The notes: generated by a model not told the origin, from the sequence alone. DNA of 64,000 nt from an uncultured Candidatus Saccharimonas sp. (GCA_943358095.1 CALRGT010000001.1:82842-146841), one strand, 5' to 3'; counted from the first letter of the stretch, positions 1 through 9,853 are shown. Translations and numbers: made by a program.

Positions 1-1
1 A

Positions 2-29
2 GCACCCCTGCAAAGGGGTGTTTTTCTTT
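2..29 (+). terminator. Rho-independent terminator of a gene upstream of the window
   Basis: GCACCCCT-GCAA-AGGGGTGT hairpin followed by a T-rich tract. Confidence 0.65.
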
Positions 30-47
30 GGCTCGCTCGGTCCAGCC

Positions 48-373
48 CCGAACGGCAACCCCAACGACTTTAGTCGGTGGAAGGTTGCCAGTTCGCTAAT
101 TTTGGAAAAAGTAATTTTCTTTTTACAAAATTATATCCTGAGACCGAGTCGCATAATGCGACGCGGCACGAGGGAGTATTCTGGCCTCCCAACTTGTTGG
201 CAGAGGTTGCCAGTTCGGTCGCTAGTCTAATGCCCGAGATTAATCTCGGCGCGTAGATTAGCGTGCGCTAGCTGGCCTCCCGAGCCAAAATTAAATACCC
301 TACCTTGCGTGGGGTATTTAATTTTGCTACCAGCGAAGCTGGTTTTGAACCAGCGACCCGCCAACTTGTTGGC
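48..373. repeat. Cluster of GC-rich imperfect hairpin elements with shared sub-repeats
   Basis: AGGTTGCCAGTTCG at 82-95 and 204-217; CCAACTTGTTGGC at 189-201 and 361-373; CTGGCCTCCC at 181-190 and 272-281. Confidence 0.6.
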
Positions 374-492
374 GGTAGGTCGCGCCGTTCGATAATTGGC
401 ACGATTAGTGACAATTATATGCCGAAGCCAAGAAAGACAAATCCTATTAAAATTAAAGTCTTTCATGGCCTGAAGCTATAATCCAGTTCCCG

Positions 493-565
493 GAGCCAAG
501 CTGGAATAGATAAAGTCAGAACTGTAAAAAGGTTCTGACTTTTTGTTACCCAGACTGGAACTGAA
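493..565. repeat. ~75-bp direct repeat, copy 1, with internal inverted repeat
   Basis: GAGCCAAGCTGGAATAGATAAAGTCAGAACTGT...GGTTCTGAC...ACCCAGA.TGGAA.TGAA recurs at 1522-1596. Confidence 0.9.
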
Positions 566-1499
566 ACTAAGGGACTCTGGTATGATAAATATAATGAAAA
601 TTGTAACCGCCGGCTCCGCCTATATGGATATTGACGCTTATGCAGGGTGTATTGCCGAAGCAGAACTGTTGAGGCTCAATGGCGAAGATGCTTATGCAGC
701 AAGTAGCGCCCCACTCAACGAAAGTATTCCCAGAAGTCTGAGAGTGTTGGGGATAAGCCTTAAAGAGTATCAACAAGGTGAGAGTGATGAATTTATTCTT
801 GTAGATGTCTCAAAAGAAGATTTTTTTGATCCGATAGTTAAGAATGGAACTGTAGTTGAGGTAATAGATCATCACCCAGGACAGGAAAAGTATTGGCAAG
901 AAAAAATTGGAGATAAAGCGGATATTGAATTTATAGGGGCTTCCTGTACACAAATCTTTGAACGCTGGCAAGCTGGTAATAGATTACAAGAAATGAAACC
1001 AGAAATTGCACGTCTATTGGCGGCAGGGATACTAGACAATACTCTGAACTTTAATGCCGATGTGACAACTCAACGAGACAGAAATGCGTACGCAACTCTG
1101 AAACAAGTTGGTCATTTACCTGACGATTTCGCCGCTCAATACTTTACTGAATGCCAAGCATCAATCGAAGATAACTTTGAACAAGCAGTTTCAAACGATA
1201 TAAAAACAATGGAAGAAGCACCAAAATTACCACATACATTTGGGCAGCTAACTGTCTGGGACGCAAGAGCTTTTGCACTCGACAAAAAGGACTTAATAGC
1301 CCAGATATTAAATAATCGTAATTCTGATTGGGCGTTAAACCTAATAAGTATTAGTGAAGGTCGGAGCTATTTACTGAGTGATAGCGAGAGTGGTCAGACT
1401 AAGCTTAAGGCTTTAATTGGTTCAGATTTTAATGAAGGTATTGCCGAAGCAGATAGGCTCTGGCTCAGGAAAGAACTATTGAATCTCGCTTTATCATAG
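543..1499 (+). CDS. DHH-family phosphoesterase, Mn-dependent inorganic pyrophosphatase-like (true start probably ATG at 582 or 594)
   Basis: YMDIDAYA, ILVD, IDHH, GASCT and GILDNT motifs; C-terminal WLRKE. Confidence 0.8.
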   Translation: MLPRLELKLRDSGMINIMKIVTAGSAYMDIDAYAGCIAEAELLRLNGEDAYAASSAPLNESIPRSLRVLGISLKEYQQGESDEFILVDVSKEDFFDPIVKNGTVVEVIDHHPGQEKYWQEKIGDKADIEFIGASCTQIFERWQAGNRLQEMKPEIARLLAAGILDNTLNFNADVTTQRDRNAYATLKQVGHLPDDFAAQYFTECQASIEDNFEQAVSNDIKTMEEAPKLPHTFGQLTVWDARAFALDKKDLIAQILNNRNSDWALNLISISEGRSYLLSDSESGQTKLKALIGSDFNEGIAEADRLWLRKELLNLALS

Positions 1500-1521
1500 T
1501 TATAACTTCCTCTATCGTGGT

Positions 1522-1596
1522 GAGCCAAGCTGGAACAGATAAAGTCAGAACTGTGAAAATGGTTCTGACATTTTGTATACCCAGAATGGAATTGAA
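1522..1596. repeat. ~75-bp direct repeat, copy 2
   Basis: Near-identical to 493-565. Confidence 0.9.
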
Positions 1597-1718
1597 CCCG
1601 ATTTCACACTAATAATCATAAAAGCCTACGAGTACCAAAGCAAAACTCCAACGCCATTTTTTAGTATCCGTTGATCTGACACTTTGGCGTAAACATGCAC
1701 ACTTTTGCTCAGAAAAGT

Positions 1719-1934
1719 CTAAGAACTTGTCAGGTCAGATAGCTTGACCTTTAAGGCTTTGGCTAGTTTCTCAAGCGTTAGCAGAGATGGGTTGCGTAGT
1801 CCGTTCTCAATTTCTGAAATATAGCTTCGGTCTACTTTGGCGGTAAAGCCAAGCTGTTCTTGAGATAGTCCCTGACTTTTTCGTAAATCGTGTAGTTGCT
1901 TACCGATCTTTTGCTTTGAACTTGTTCTGCCCAT
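1719..1934 (-). CDS. XRE-family helix-turn-helix regulator
   Basis: LRKSQGLSQEQLG...DRSYISEIENGLRNPSL..LEKLAKAL HTH_3 signature. Confidence 0.9.
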   Translation of the reverse strand: MGRTSSKQKIGKQLHDLRKSQGLSQEQLGFTAKVDRSYISEIENGLRNPSLLTLEKLAKALKVKLSDLTSS

Positions 1935-2069
1935 GCAGAAAGAATGGCATTGTGGACGTTATATCTCAGTAGGCTATTGCCTACAATTTACTTGTAGTGT
2001 AACTGTATGTATGCAAAAATAACAATATAGACGATAATCCACAGAATAGAAGTAATTAAGGAGGTAAGT

Positions 2070-2306
2070 ATGGTCGGAAAAGTAGGAAAAATAGTTATAG
2101 ACACAGTTTTATCATTTATGTTTTTCATAGTGGCAGCGATTATACTCGAAGCGATTGCACAGATGATTTTTGGGAAAAAGAGTGGCGGTGGTGCTGATGT
2201 TAATGGTCACGTAATGCTTGCAATAGATTGCTTGCTTACATTAGCTTTTGCTGTTTGTTTCTATAAGTTCGTTCATCTTGGTAAGAATAGCAAAGAAAAA
2301 GAATAA
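2070..2306 (+). CDS. Small two-TM membrane protein
   Basis: AAGGAGG RBS; two hydrophobic helices. Confidence 0.75.
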   Translation: MVGKVGKIVIDTVLSFMFFIVAAIILEAIAQMIFGKKSGGGADVNGHVMLAIDCLLTLAFAVCFYKFVHLGKNSKEKE

Positions 2307-2473
2307 TGATCGAGGCACTCGTTGGAGGTCTTTTTGTTGGTTGGATTACCCGTAGAGTTATTAAAAGTTACGAAAAGGACAGCACGAAAACAAAACCAAA
2401 AAACAAAAGGCGTAAAGAAATCGACGAAGAACTGATCACAGCGATTCTTCCTGTTATTAACAGCAAAAAATGA
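2306..2473 (+). CDS. 55-aa hypothetical protein missing from the ORF track (MIEALVGGLFVGWITRR...DEELITAILPVINSKK)
   Basis: ATG overlaps the previous stop (TAATG); N-terminal hydrophobic stretch; translated by eye. Confidence 0.6.
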   Translation: MIEALVGGLFVGWITRRVIKSYEKDSTKTKPKNKRRKEIDEELITAILPVINSKK

Positions 2474-2483
2474 CGTTGAGTGG

Positions 2484-2837
2484 TCAAAATTTGGGGAAAA
2501 AATTTGGGGGGATTTCGTCCTTAATATTATCTAGTGTTGAAGCCTCCGGTATAGACTGCAAGACGACATCATGGCGAAAAGTCGGAGCTGGGCTAGATTG
2601 TTCGTGCAAAGCACTAATAGACAAACTACCAATTGATTTAATAAATAAATCTTGCGGCTTATACGGCAATTCACTTATGTTTTCTGCCTGATAATAGACA
2701 GCAGCCTCGACCCTTTGCTGCGTATGCTGGGGCTCTGACTCAAACATTGGTATTGTTGCTGCCAAAGCGACGCCAATAGACGCGGCCTTAACTAATCTTA
2801 ATTTTTCTGACATTGCTGACCTCACTTTAGTGCGCAC
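2484..2837 (-). CDS. Hypothetical protein, possible signal peptide
   Basis: ORF with N-terminal hydrophobic segment only. Confidence 0.45.
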   Translation of the reverse strand: MRTKVRSAMSEKLRLVKAASIGVALAATIPMFESEPQHTQQRVEAAVYYQAENISELPYKPQDLFIKSIGSLSISALHEQSSPAPTFRHDVVLQSIPEASTLDNIKDEIPPNFFPKF

Positions 2838-3134
2838 GCAAACATAGACTCGACAAAATTCGAGCGCGACGTAATAGCGTTTTTAATAACTTCTTTTTGT
2901 CAGTGGTTTGGCTATATTAGTTTTTGACTGAAACACGGTCTGGTTCCACGCTTAGCGTCTCTGTCAAAATAGTCAAATGTTTCACCAACAAAAGTAATCT
3001 TATTTTAACATAATATTCATATTAAGCCAAAATTCACCAAGCACCATCATGTATCTTCAGCCCAATAACCGATACTATGTCGTCATGATAGTTGATATAA
3101 TAGAACTATAAGTAGTAGCGAGGGGACGAAGAAG

Positions 3135-3815
3135 GTGTTAAAAAGGATACTCAAAAAAGTTCGAGCCAATAGTAGGCTAGATTGGCTTTCATATTCGGCT
3201 ATGGCCTTGAGTATATTGTTAATTATTTTTGGATCAGTAGGGCAGGCGGACAAGTACAAAACGACACACAGTACTACAAAGTTACAATCAGTTGTCGAAA
3301 GTCCGACAACTAATACTAGTGAAGCGCCGGTAGATGTAAATGACAAATCTTATATCGTCGCTCCAGACAAACCAAGAGCGCTGATCATGCCAAGTATTGG
3401 AGTTCATGGCTTTGTTCAACAAGTCGGAGAAACTACAGACAGTGCAATAGATGTCCCTAATAACATAAACCTAGCAGGTTGGTACAAAAACAGTGCCAAG
3501 CCAGGCGACGCGGGTCTTAGCATCATTGACGGGCATGTGTCGGGCAAGTATAACCCGGCGATCTTCAAGAACTTACAAAACCTCAAAACAAACGATATCT
3601 TTACCATAGAGTTTGGTGACGGGCATCGCAAAGAGTTCAAGGTTGCGAGCATCGGCAATTTTACATTAAACGACGCCAATCAAGAACTATTTAAGCAAAA
3701 TCCCAAAATAACTAATCAACTAAACCTAGTTACTTGTAGCGGCAAATACGACAATTCTAATCAGTCCTACGACAAGCGCCTAATCGTTGTTGCCCAGCTA
3801 GTATCCTACCTATAG
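3135..3815 (+). CDS. Class F sortase
   Basis: N-terminal TM; AGWY..SAKPGDAG.SIIDGH; LNLVTCSG...RLIVVA. Confidence 0.9.
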   Translation: MLKRILKKVRANSRLDWLSYSAMALSILLIIFGSVGQADKYKTTHSTTKLQSVVESPTTNTSEAPVDVNDKSYIVAPDKPRALIMPSIGVHGFVQQVGETTDSAIDVPNNINLAGWYKNSAKPGDAGLSIIDGHVSGKYNPAIFKNLQNLKTNDIFTIEFGDGHRKEFKVASIGNFTLNDANQELFKQNPKITNQLNLVTCSGKYDNSNQSYDKRLIVVAQLVSYL

Positions 3816-3848
3816 CAGGGGGATGAATAATATATAAAATATCAGTTG

Positions 3849-4340
3849 CTAGACGGCCACTGAAAGCAGTTTCTTAATATCACTTGCTATCTCTGAAGGC
3901 TCAACAGCAGGGGCGTATCGCTTAACGACGACACCGTTTCGATCAACTAAAAATTTCGTAAAGTTCCACTTAATCCTTCCGCCAAACAAGCCAGATTGCT
4001 GCTTCTTTAAATATTTATAGAGCGGGGCAGCCTTGATGCCGTTTACATTAATTTTGGCAAAAGTCTCAAAAGTAACACCGAAATTTACCTGACAAAAACT
4101 AACATTCGCCTCGTCGCTATCTGGTGCTTGATTAGCAAATTGATTGCAAGGGAAGTCCAATATCTCTAGTCCGTCGCTTTGATAATTTTTATAAAGCTCC
4201 TGTAAACCGGCATACTGTGGCGCAAAACCACACTTTGGAGCAGTATTAACTATCAACATAACCTTGCCTTTATATTTATCCAAAGTGACCGTGTCGCCAC
4301 CTACTTGCTTAATCTTGAAATCATAAATTGTCATATTCAC
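3849..4340 (-). CDS. Glutathione peroxidase
   Basis: LIVNTAPKCGFAPQY, FPCNQF, IKWNFTKFLVDRNG. Confidence 0.95.
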   Translation of the reverse strand: MNMTIYDFKIKQVGGDTVTLDKYKGKVMLIVNTAPKCGFAPQYAGLQELYKNYQSDGLEILDFPCNQFANQAPDSDEANVSFCQVNFGVTFETFAKINVNGIKAAPLYKYLKKQQSGLFGGRIKWNFTKFLVDRNGVVVKRYAPAVEPSEIASDIKKLLSVAV

Positions 4341-4393
4341 CCCTATAATTAGTACCTATACATACTACCTGAATATGGGGAACGTGACTACGC

Positions 4394-5083
4394 TTAAGAT
4401 TTAACTATTGAAGCAAATATGACGGTATTCTTGGTGTAATGTCCTGTTGAACGGTCAAAGGACCCACCACAAGTGATAAGACGCAGGCCGGGGTGGTCGA
4501 TGGCCCCATAAACCTCTTGAGTGCCAAAATTATCTTGGCTGTATTCTTGTAGAGCCTCAACAGCGAAGGTAACGATACTGCCGTCCGCTCTAGTTATGAT
4601 AATTTTATCTTCTGGGAGTAGCTCTTTTAAACGCCAGAAAACTGACTTTGAAGCATAAGTCACAAGATGAGCATCTATCACTGACGGACCGATTTCACCC
4701 GGCGAGGGACCTCCAACGTACCAACCAGCCACCTCACTAAGAACAGGTGGAGTAGCCAGGGAACCGTCAGCTAACAAGCCTACAGGAATCACATCTGTAT
4801 CGACTCCTATTCTAGGAATAACTATGCGAATGGGTTGCGAGCGCGGCATGCCGATAGCGGCAGTAGGCTTGATAGGGGAATAATAAGTGGTCGCGGGCTT
4901 AAGTCTAGGAGTAGATAAAGCGCAGTAACTAAGTAGCAACACATTGGCGATAATTAATACCGCAAATAATCTAAGAATAGACAAAGATGGCCGACCAACC
5001 GCCGACCATCTACTACCAACACTTTTATTTACGATTTTAGTCGCAAATTTTCTTTTGGTTATTGGGCGAATTTTCTTAAACAT
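4394..5083 (-). CDS. Class F sortase
   Basis: AGWY..GPSPGEIGPSVIDAH; LRLITCGG. Confidence 0.9.
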   Translation of the reverse strand: MFKKIRPITKRKFATKIVNKSVGSRWSAVGRPSLSILRLFAVLIIANVLLLSYCALSTPRLKPATTYYSPIKPTAAIGMPRSQPIRIVIPRIGVDTDVIPVGLLADGSLATPPVLSEVAGWYVGGPSPGEIGPSVIDAHLVTYASKSVFWRLKELLPEDKIIITRADGSIVTFAVEALQEYSQDNFGTQEVYGAIDHPGLRLITCGGSFDRSTGHYTKNTVIFASIVKS

Positions 5084-5625
5084 AAACCTAAGGCAAGGAT
5101 TACGGTTGAACCAATAATACCTAATGCTTGAACATCAGAGCTATGAGCTACGCCGGCCTTTACGCCACCTTTTGGAATAGTACTAGATGCGTGAGGAACG
5201 GTGGTGATAGGCGTTGCAGGTTTTGTTGGTACCACAGGAATTACAGGTGTTTTTATTGGAGTAACGCAGTGTTCGTGTTCGTGTTCGTGTTCGTGTTCAT
5301 CATTGTCGTCATGAGATGAATGATCACTATCATCTTTATGAGGCTTATCGTCACCATCATTGTCATGATTCGTATGATCGCTGTGAGTATTAGTATCTTC
5401 TTTCTTTGTTGAAGAATGCTCGATCTCTGAACTGTTAGATTTCTTTGTGTGCTCGGTCTTTGAATGATCTGAGTCACGTGAATCTTCAGTAGTACGTGAA
5501 TGAGTAGTCTCGCTATCTTCACTTCTAGAATGAGCCATAGCTGAACTCGGCATAGCAACAGTAGTAGTCAAAACTATCGAAGCTAAAACAATAATAAAGT
5601 TCTTAATTGATTTCATGGATAACAC
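5059..5625 (-). CDS. Secreted His/Asp/Ser-rich protein, probable sortase substrate
   Basis: Signal peptide; HEHEHEHEH tract; Pro/Thr linker; IPKGGVKAG then TM and basic tail; overlaps the sortase gene. Confidence 0.75.
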   Translation of the reverse strand: MLSMKSIKNFIIVLASIVLTTTVAMPSSAMAHSRSEDSETTHSRTTEDSRDSDHSKTEHTKKSNSSEIEHSSTKKEDTNTHSDHTNHDNDGDDKPHKDDSDHSSHDDNDEHEHEHEHEHCVTPIKTPVIPVVPTKPATPITTVPHASSTIPKGGVKAGVAHSSDVQALGIIGSTVILALGLCLRKFAQ

Positions 5626-5761
5626 CTTGCCTTCCTTAAATAAAACTATACTAAACCATATTATCTGTCATTATAGTTAATTTGTCAATAATGTTTTAAT
5701 AAATGCATGCGGACCTAGCATGATTCAATCCCAATAAGTGCATACATGATAAGATACAATA

Positions 5762-6172
5762 ATGAGAAAAATTGCTAAAGCACTAATAATAGATACCGAG
5801 GGCAAGGTCCTTGTACTATACCGTAGCGACAGCCACCCACATTTCGCTAGACACCTAGACTTTCCTGGTGGAATTGTCGAGCCCGATGAATTAGCAGTAG
5901 AAGCCGTAGCACGCGAAATATACGAAGAAGCGGGCATAACAATAAAAAAGACAGATCTCAAACTCATACACGAAGAGACCATGCCAAGCGGCAAAATTTG
6001 CATGCTTTACTCGTGCGCCCTTAAGTCAGAAAGACCAGTCGTCAAAATAAGCTGGGAGCACGGACACTCAGAATGGCTAACTACAGATCAAATAATCGAC
6101 ATTCCTATGCCAGAAAAAGTAGACGATTACTTTGAAATGGTCGTCCGCTACTTACGCTCAACAATAGCCTAG
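5762..6172 (+). CDS. NUDIX hydrolase
   Basis: FPGGIVEPDELAVEAVAREIYEEAG Nudix box. Confidence 0.92.
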   Translation: MRKIAKALIIDTEGKVLVLYRSDSHPHFARHLDFPGGIVEPDELAVEAVAREIYEEAGITIKKTDLKLIHEETMPSGKICMLYSCALKSERPVVKISWEHGHSEWLTTDQIIDIPMPEKVDDYFEMVVRYLRSTIA

Positions 6173-6174
6173 TA

Positions 6175-6720
6175 TTGACTATTTATAGTTCTTATGCTAT
6201 TATATACCTAATGCACGAAATATTGTGTCGAGAATTGAAATACGAAGAAGGCAACAACGAACTACAGGCCTATCTAAAAGATTCTCCTGGATCGGACTTT
6301 TCTGGAGAGTTAGTAGACAATTCTGACGGAATAAAGTCTTTTACATACTTATCTCTTCATGTTAAGCCTGAAATGCGTCGCCAAGGAATCGCAAGTAAAT
6401 TAGTTAGTAATCTTGCCGCCGCTGCTATACATTACAGAGCGAATAGTTTTGAGGGCAGCGTAAGCTCAGAACATACTCTAAAAATATTTGATAAACTTTT
6501 TGGTGAGAATAACATCGAATACTACGACTATGACAATGAAAATAACAGAGTATACCTCCCTATGACCAACTCTCAAGCAATATCATCTCTAGAAAGAGCT
6601 GCTAATTTTGAATCTAATCAAGAATGGCGCGATCACAACATAGAAGTTGACGTTAATCTATCTGATCCTAAATTAAGTCTACCAACACCGGTATTTGAAG
6701 ATCACACAAACAGAAAATAA
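6175..6720 (+). CDS. GNAT-fold acetyltransferase-like protein (start probably ATG 6211)
   Basis: LHVKPEMRRQGIASKL acetyl-CoA motif A. Confidence 0.65.
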   Translation: MTIYSSYAIIYLMHEILCRELKYEEGNNELQAYLKDSPGSDFSGELVDNSDGIKSFTYLSLHVKPEMRRQGIASKLVSNLAAAAIHYRANSFEGSVSSEHTLKIFDKLFGENNIEYYDYDNENNRVYLPMTNSQAISSLERAANFESNQEWRDHNIEVDVNLSDPKLSLPTPVFEDHTNRK

Positions 6721-6874
6721 GCTCAGCGGCATCTTATACAAAAAACCGACCCCAGATAATTTGTAGTAAAACTACTTATTTCTAAGGGTCGGTATTCTAA
6801 AGGCGCTCTTTATTAGCGTACTTTAGGGGTTGCTAATAATTGCAGCCTTTTATACAAGTACTGATTATATCGAA

Positions 6875-7081
6875 CTATTCACCTAGTTGAGTTGCGGCAA
6901 TAACAGCACTAATCAAAATGAATGCGCCGCCAAAACCGTAAAGAGTATATGCTGCAGTTCCGCCAGCAATCCAGCCAATAGCAACTAGAGCTAGTCCTGC
7001 CAATATTAGAAATGTCGAACTAACAATAATTCTACCGCCCAATTCGTATGCTTTGTTTGTTGATTTTGTTTTCTTAGCCAT
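6875..7081 (-). CDS. Small two-TM membrane protein
   Basis: Basic N-terminus, two hydrophobic helices, AGGGG RBS. Confidence 0.7.
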   Translation of the reverse strand: MAKKTKSTNKAYELGGRIIVSSTFLILAGLALVAIGWIAGGTAAYTLYGFGGAFILISAVIAATQLGE

Positions 7082-7304
7082 TTTTTTACCCCTAATAAAA
7101 TTTAATATACCGTCAGTATACTAAGCATAAGCAGTTAATGCAATAGCTAGCTCTTGCTACTTACTGAAGTCAATTCGTAGCAATGATTACAACCCTGTTT
7201 GATTCTGTCATTTGTTCATTAATCACTGTAATCTTGCATGCAAATACTCAGCCGTACTCCTGAGATATGAGGTTTCTGTACCTAGGTTTGATACAATAAC
7301 CTGA

Positions 7305-8192
7305 ATGGAAAATAAATCTCGACCCCGTTTTAGCGTAGTTATACCGGCCTATAATGAAGCACCGTACCTACCACAAACTCTAGCCTCACTAAAAAAGCAA
7401 AACTTCGCAGGCGAAGTTGAAATAATAGTAGTAGACAATAACAGCACAGATCTCACCGCCGACATAGCTAGAAGCCTGGGAGCGAAAGTGGTTGAAGAGA
7501 AGCGTCCCGGCGTATGTTTTGCACGACAAAAAGGCACAGAAGTTGCCAGAGGGGAAATCGTGGTATCAACAGATGCTGACACTCAATTTCACGTTGATTG
7601 GTTGTCTAAAATAGATGGTATGTTTCAAAAGGACGAAGAGGCGGTAGCTGTAGTTGGATCGTGTCATTATACTGATGGTCCTATTTGGGGAACATTATAT
7701 CCTTACGCTTTATTTGGTGTAATAAGCACTATTTATCGTATAACTGGCAAAACCTATTATGCTACAGCAACTAACATTGCCTTCAAAAAGGAGCATTGGA
7801 TTGGATATGACACCAACCTTACTCAGGGGGGAGATGAGGTAGATCTTATCCGTAATTTACGCAGCAAGGGCAAGGTGGTGTTTGTTAACGGCAACCCCAC
7901 ACTAACTTCTGCCAGACGCCTAGCCAGAGGCTTCATTTACAATTTTTTTGTCACATTTTGGATATATTACTTTCTCGAATACAACCTAAGTCGTAGATTT
8001 AAAAGATCGATAATTGGTACTGCACCTCATTTCCGCAACGACTATAGTCCAAAAATACTGTCGGTCATCAACGCCTTAATTGTCGCAGCTCTAGCTATAG
8101 CACTAATCACACAGCAAAATGCTCGACATTATGTCGTTAGAGAGACAACTCAAGTCATCAAAAAGACAACTCAAGTCATAGACAGGCGTTAA
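7305..8192 (+). CDS. Glycosyltransferase family 2
   Basis: SVVIPAYNE, IIVVDNNSTD, DAD, TSARR. Confidence 0.93.
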   Translation: MENKSRPRFSVVIPAYNEAPYLPQTLASLKKQNFAGEVEIIVVDNNSTDLTADIARSLGAKVVEEKRPGVCFARQKGTEVARGEIVVSTDADTQFHVDWLSKIDGMFQKDEEAVAVVGSCHYTDGPIWGTLYPYALFGVISTIYRITGKTYYATATNIAFKKEHWIGYDTNLTQGGDEVDLIRNLRSKGKVVFVNGNPTLTSARRLARGFIYNFFVTFWIYYFLEYNLSRRFKRSIIGTAPHFRNDYSPKILSVINALIVAALAIALITQQNARHYVVRETTQVIKKTTQVIDRR

Positions 8193-8194
8193 AT

Positions 8195-8902
8195 ATGATA
8201 ACTACTGGAGCGATTCTATTAATAATAGTCGGACTTTACTGGATATTTATGTCGTCCTACTCTCAAATTTTTGGTAATTTTCCATTTCGTGGCAAGACTA
8301 ATGCGAAGCTGATAGCCCTTACTTTTGATGATGGACCAAACGAACCATTCACAACTGATATACTCGATTATCTCGATAGTAAGAATATAAAGGCTACATT
8401 TTTTCAGGTAGGTAATTGTATTAATAAGTACCCCGAGGTCACACTTCGTGCATATAAGGCGGGTCATGTCATCGCCAACCATTCTTTATCCCATAAATTC
8501 ACAAAATACTTTAGCGAACCAAGTTTTACTAATGAGATCAGCGCTAATCAAACCATTATTAAAAATATAATCGGCCAAACGCCTGCGTTATTTCGACCTC
8601 CTTGGCTATTTAGAAACCCATTACTGCTAAGAACCGTCAGGAGACTAGGCATGACACCAATTTCTGGAGTGTTTGGACATAACCTAGAAATATTCCAGCC
8701 ATCAGCCAAAAAAATGGCCAAACAAGTCGTCAAGATAGCGAAACCTGGTTCAGTGATAATTTTTCATGATGGCTACGACTCAAAGGGAGGCAATCGCACC
8801 GAAACAGTAAACTCAATCAAGATCATCGTCGAGGAACTATCCACTAAAGGCTATGAATTCGTGACCGTCGACAAACTTTATGGCATAAAAGCGTATCAAT
8901 AA
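8195..8902 (+). CDS. Polysaccharide deacetylase (NodB/CE4)
   Basis: LTFDDGP, NHSLSH, FRPPW, IIFHD. Confidence 0.93.
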   Translation: MITTGAILLIIVGLYWIFMSSYSQIFGNFPFRGKTNAKLIALTFDDGPNEPFTTDILDYLDSKNIKATFFQVGNCINKYPEVTLRAYKAGHVIANHSLSHKFTKYFSEPSFTNEISANQTIIKNIIGQTPALFRPPWLFRNPLLLRTVRRLGMTPISGVFGHNLEIFQPSAKKMAKQVVKIAKPGSVIIFHDGYDSKGGNRTETVNSIKIIVEELSTKGYEFVTVDKLYGIKAYQ

Positions 8903-8949
8903 TAACGATCAAACTGCTACCATATATAGGATATTGAATAGCCAGGAAA

Positions 8950-9351
8950 GTGAAAGAATATATGAAGAATATTACCAAAAAATACACTATAAAAGCGCCA
9001 ATCTCATCTGTCTGGCGAGCCCTTACTGATCCGTCGGTAATACAAGAATGGAGTGGTGTACCAGCGATCATGACTACCCAACTCGTCAAATTTAGCCTAT
9101 GGGGTGGTGATATTCACGGCATTAATACTGAGGTAGCTGAGAATGAATTATTAAAACAGGACTGGTATAGCGAGGATTGGGCTCAACCGTCAAAAGTCAC
9201 CTTTACGCTTGAAGTCAAAAAGAACAATACCGTACTGACTCTACTGCACGAGGGTTTCCCGGAAGCTGAAGCAAAAGATCTAGAGCATGGCTGGGAAGAA
9301 TTCTACCTAAAGCCTATTAAGCAGCTTCTAGAGGAACAATACTCCAATTAA
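8950..9351 (+). CDS. SRPBCC/AHSA1-like domain protein
   Basis: APISSVWRALTDP...W; TVLTLLHEGF; GWEEFYL. Confidence 0.85.
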   Translation: MKEYMKNITKKYTIKAPISSVWRALTDPSVIQEWSGVPAIMTTQLVKFSLWGGDIHGINTEVAENELLKQDWYSEDWAQPSKVTFTLEVKKNNTVLTLLHEGFPEAEAKDLEHGWEEFYLKPIKQLLEEQYSN

Positions 9352-9435
9352 GCTCTAGATAGCTTATTGTGATTAAGCTCACAGACCACTAACAGATTAG
9401 TCTGTATGCTTAGTATGTAAAAAGAGGAGCAGGTT

Positions 9436-9573
9436 ATGAGCAATGACACAGAAGGCACCTATATCTCGAGAAAACTATTTACATTAAACGAAGGAATCAT
9501 AATCATAGCTAGCAAACTATTACGGCCGCTAATGTTTCCTGCCTACGCACTAATCCCTATAATATTGATATAA
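9436..9573 (+). CDS. 45-aa small protein missing from the ORF track (MSNDTEGTYISRKLF...PAYALIPIILI)
   Basis: GAGGAG RBS upstream; open frame read by eye; hydrophobic C-terminus. Confidence 0.45.
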   Translation: MSNDTEGTYISRKLFTLNEGIIIIASKLLRPLMFPAYALIPIILI

Positions 9574-9592
9574 TAAATTCGAAGGAGCTCAT

Positions 9593-9853
9593 ATGACAAA
9601 AGCTAAGATTAAAGAAGAATTCAAAGTATCTGGCGATGACCTATTAAAAAGAATTAAACAATTGATAGCTGAGGGAAATATCCGCAGAATCACTATTCGC
9701 AACAAGGAAGGCCACAATGTCGTCGAACTACCGCTTACAGTCGGCTTTGTTGGTGCCGTACTTGCACCACCACTAGCTGCTGTAGGTGCCATAGCAGCGT
9801 TACTTAGCGAGTGCACGATAGTAGTCGAGAGAAGGGGTGAGTCCGAGAAATAG
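9593..9853 (+). CDS. DUF4342-like protein
   Basis: EEFKVSG..L...IKQLIAEGNIRRI...ELPLTVG...APPLAAVGAIAAL..CTIVVER. Confidence 0.85.
   Translation: MTKAKIKEEFKVSGDDLLKRIKQLIAEGNIRRITIRNKEGHNVVELPLTVGFVGAVLAPPLAAVGAIAALLSECTIVVERRGESEK

Noticed and set aside
18..466. ORFs 18-230 and 227-466
   Set aside because: Overlap hairpin/repeat DNA with no recognisable motifs
493..1596. Direct repeats as a CRISPR array
   Set aside because: Only two copies, ~1 kb apart, ~75 bp long, no cas genes in the window
1719..2837. Prophage remnant around the XRE gene
   Set aside because: No integrase, structural or replication genes nearby
5269..5298. GTGTTC hexamer tandem repeat as a CRISPR or regulatory array
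   Set aside because: It is coding (HEHEHEHEH on the minus strand) and has no spacers
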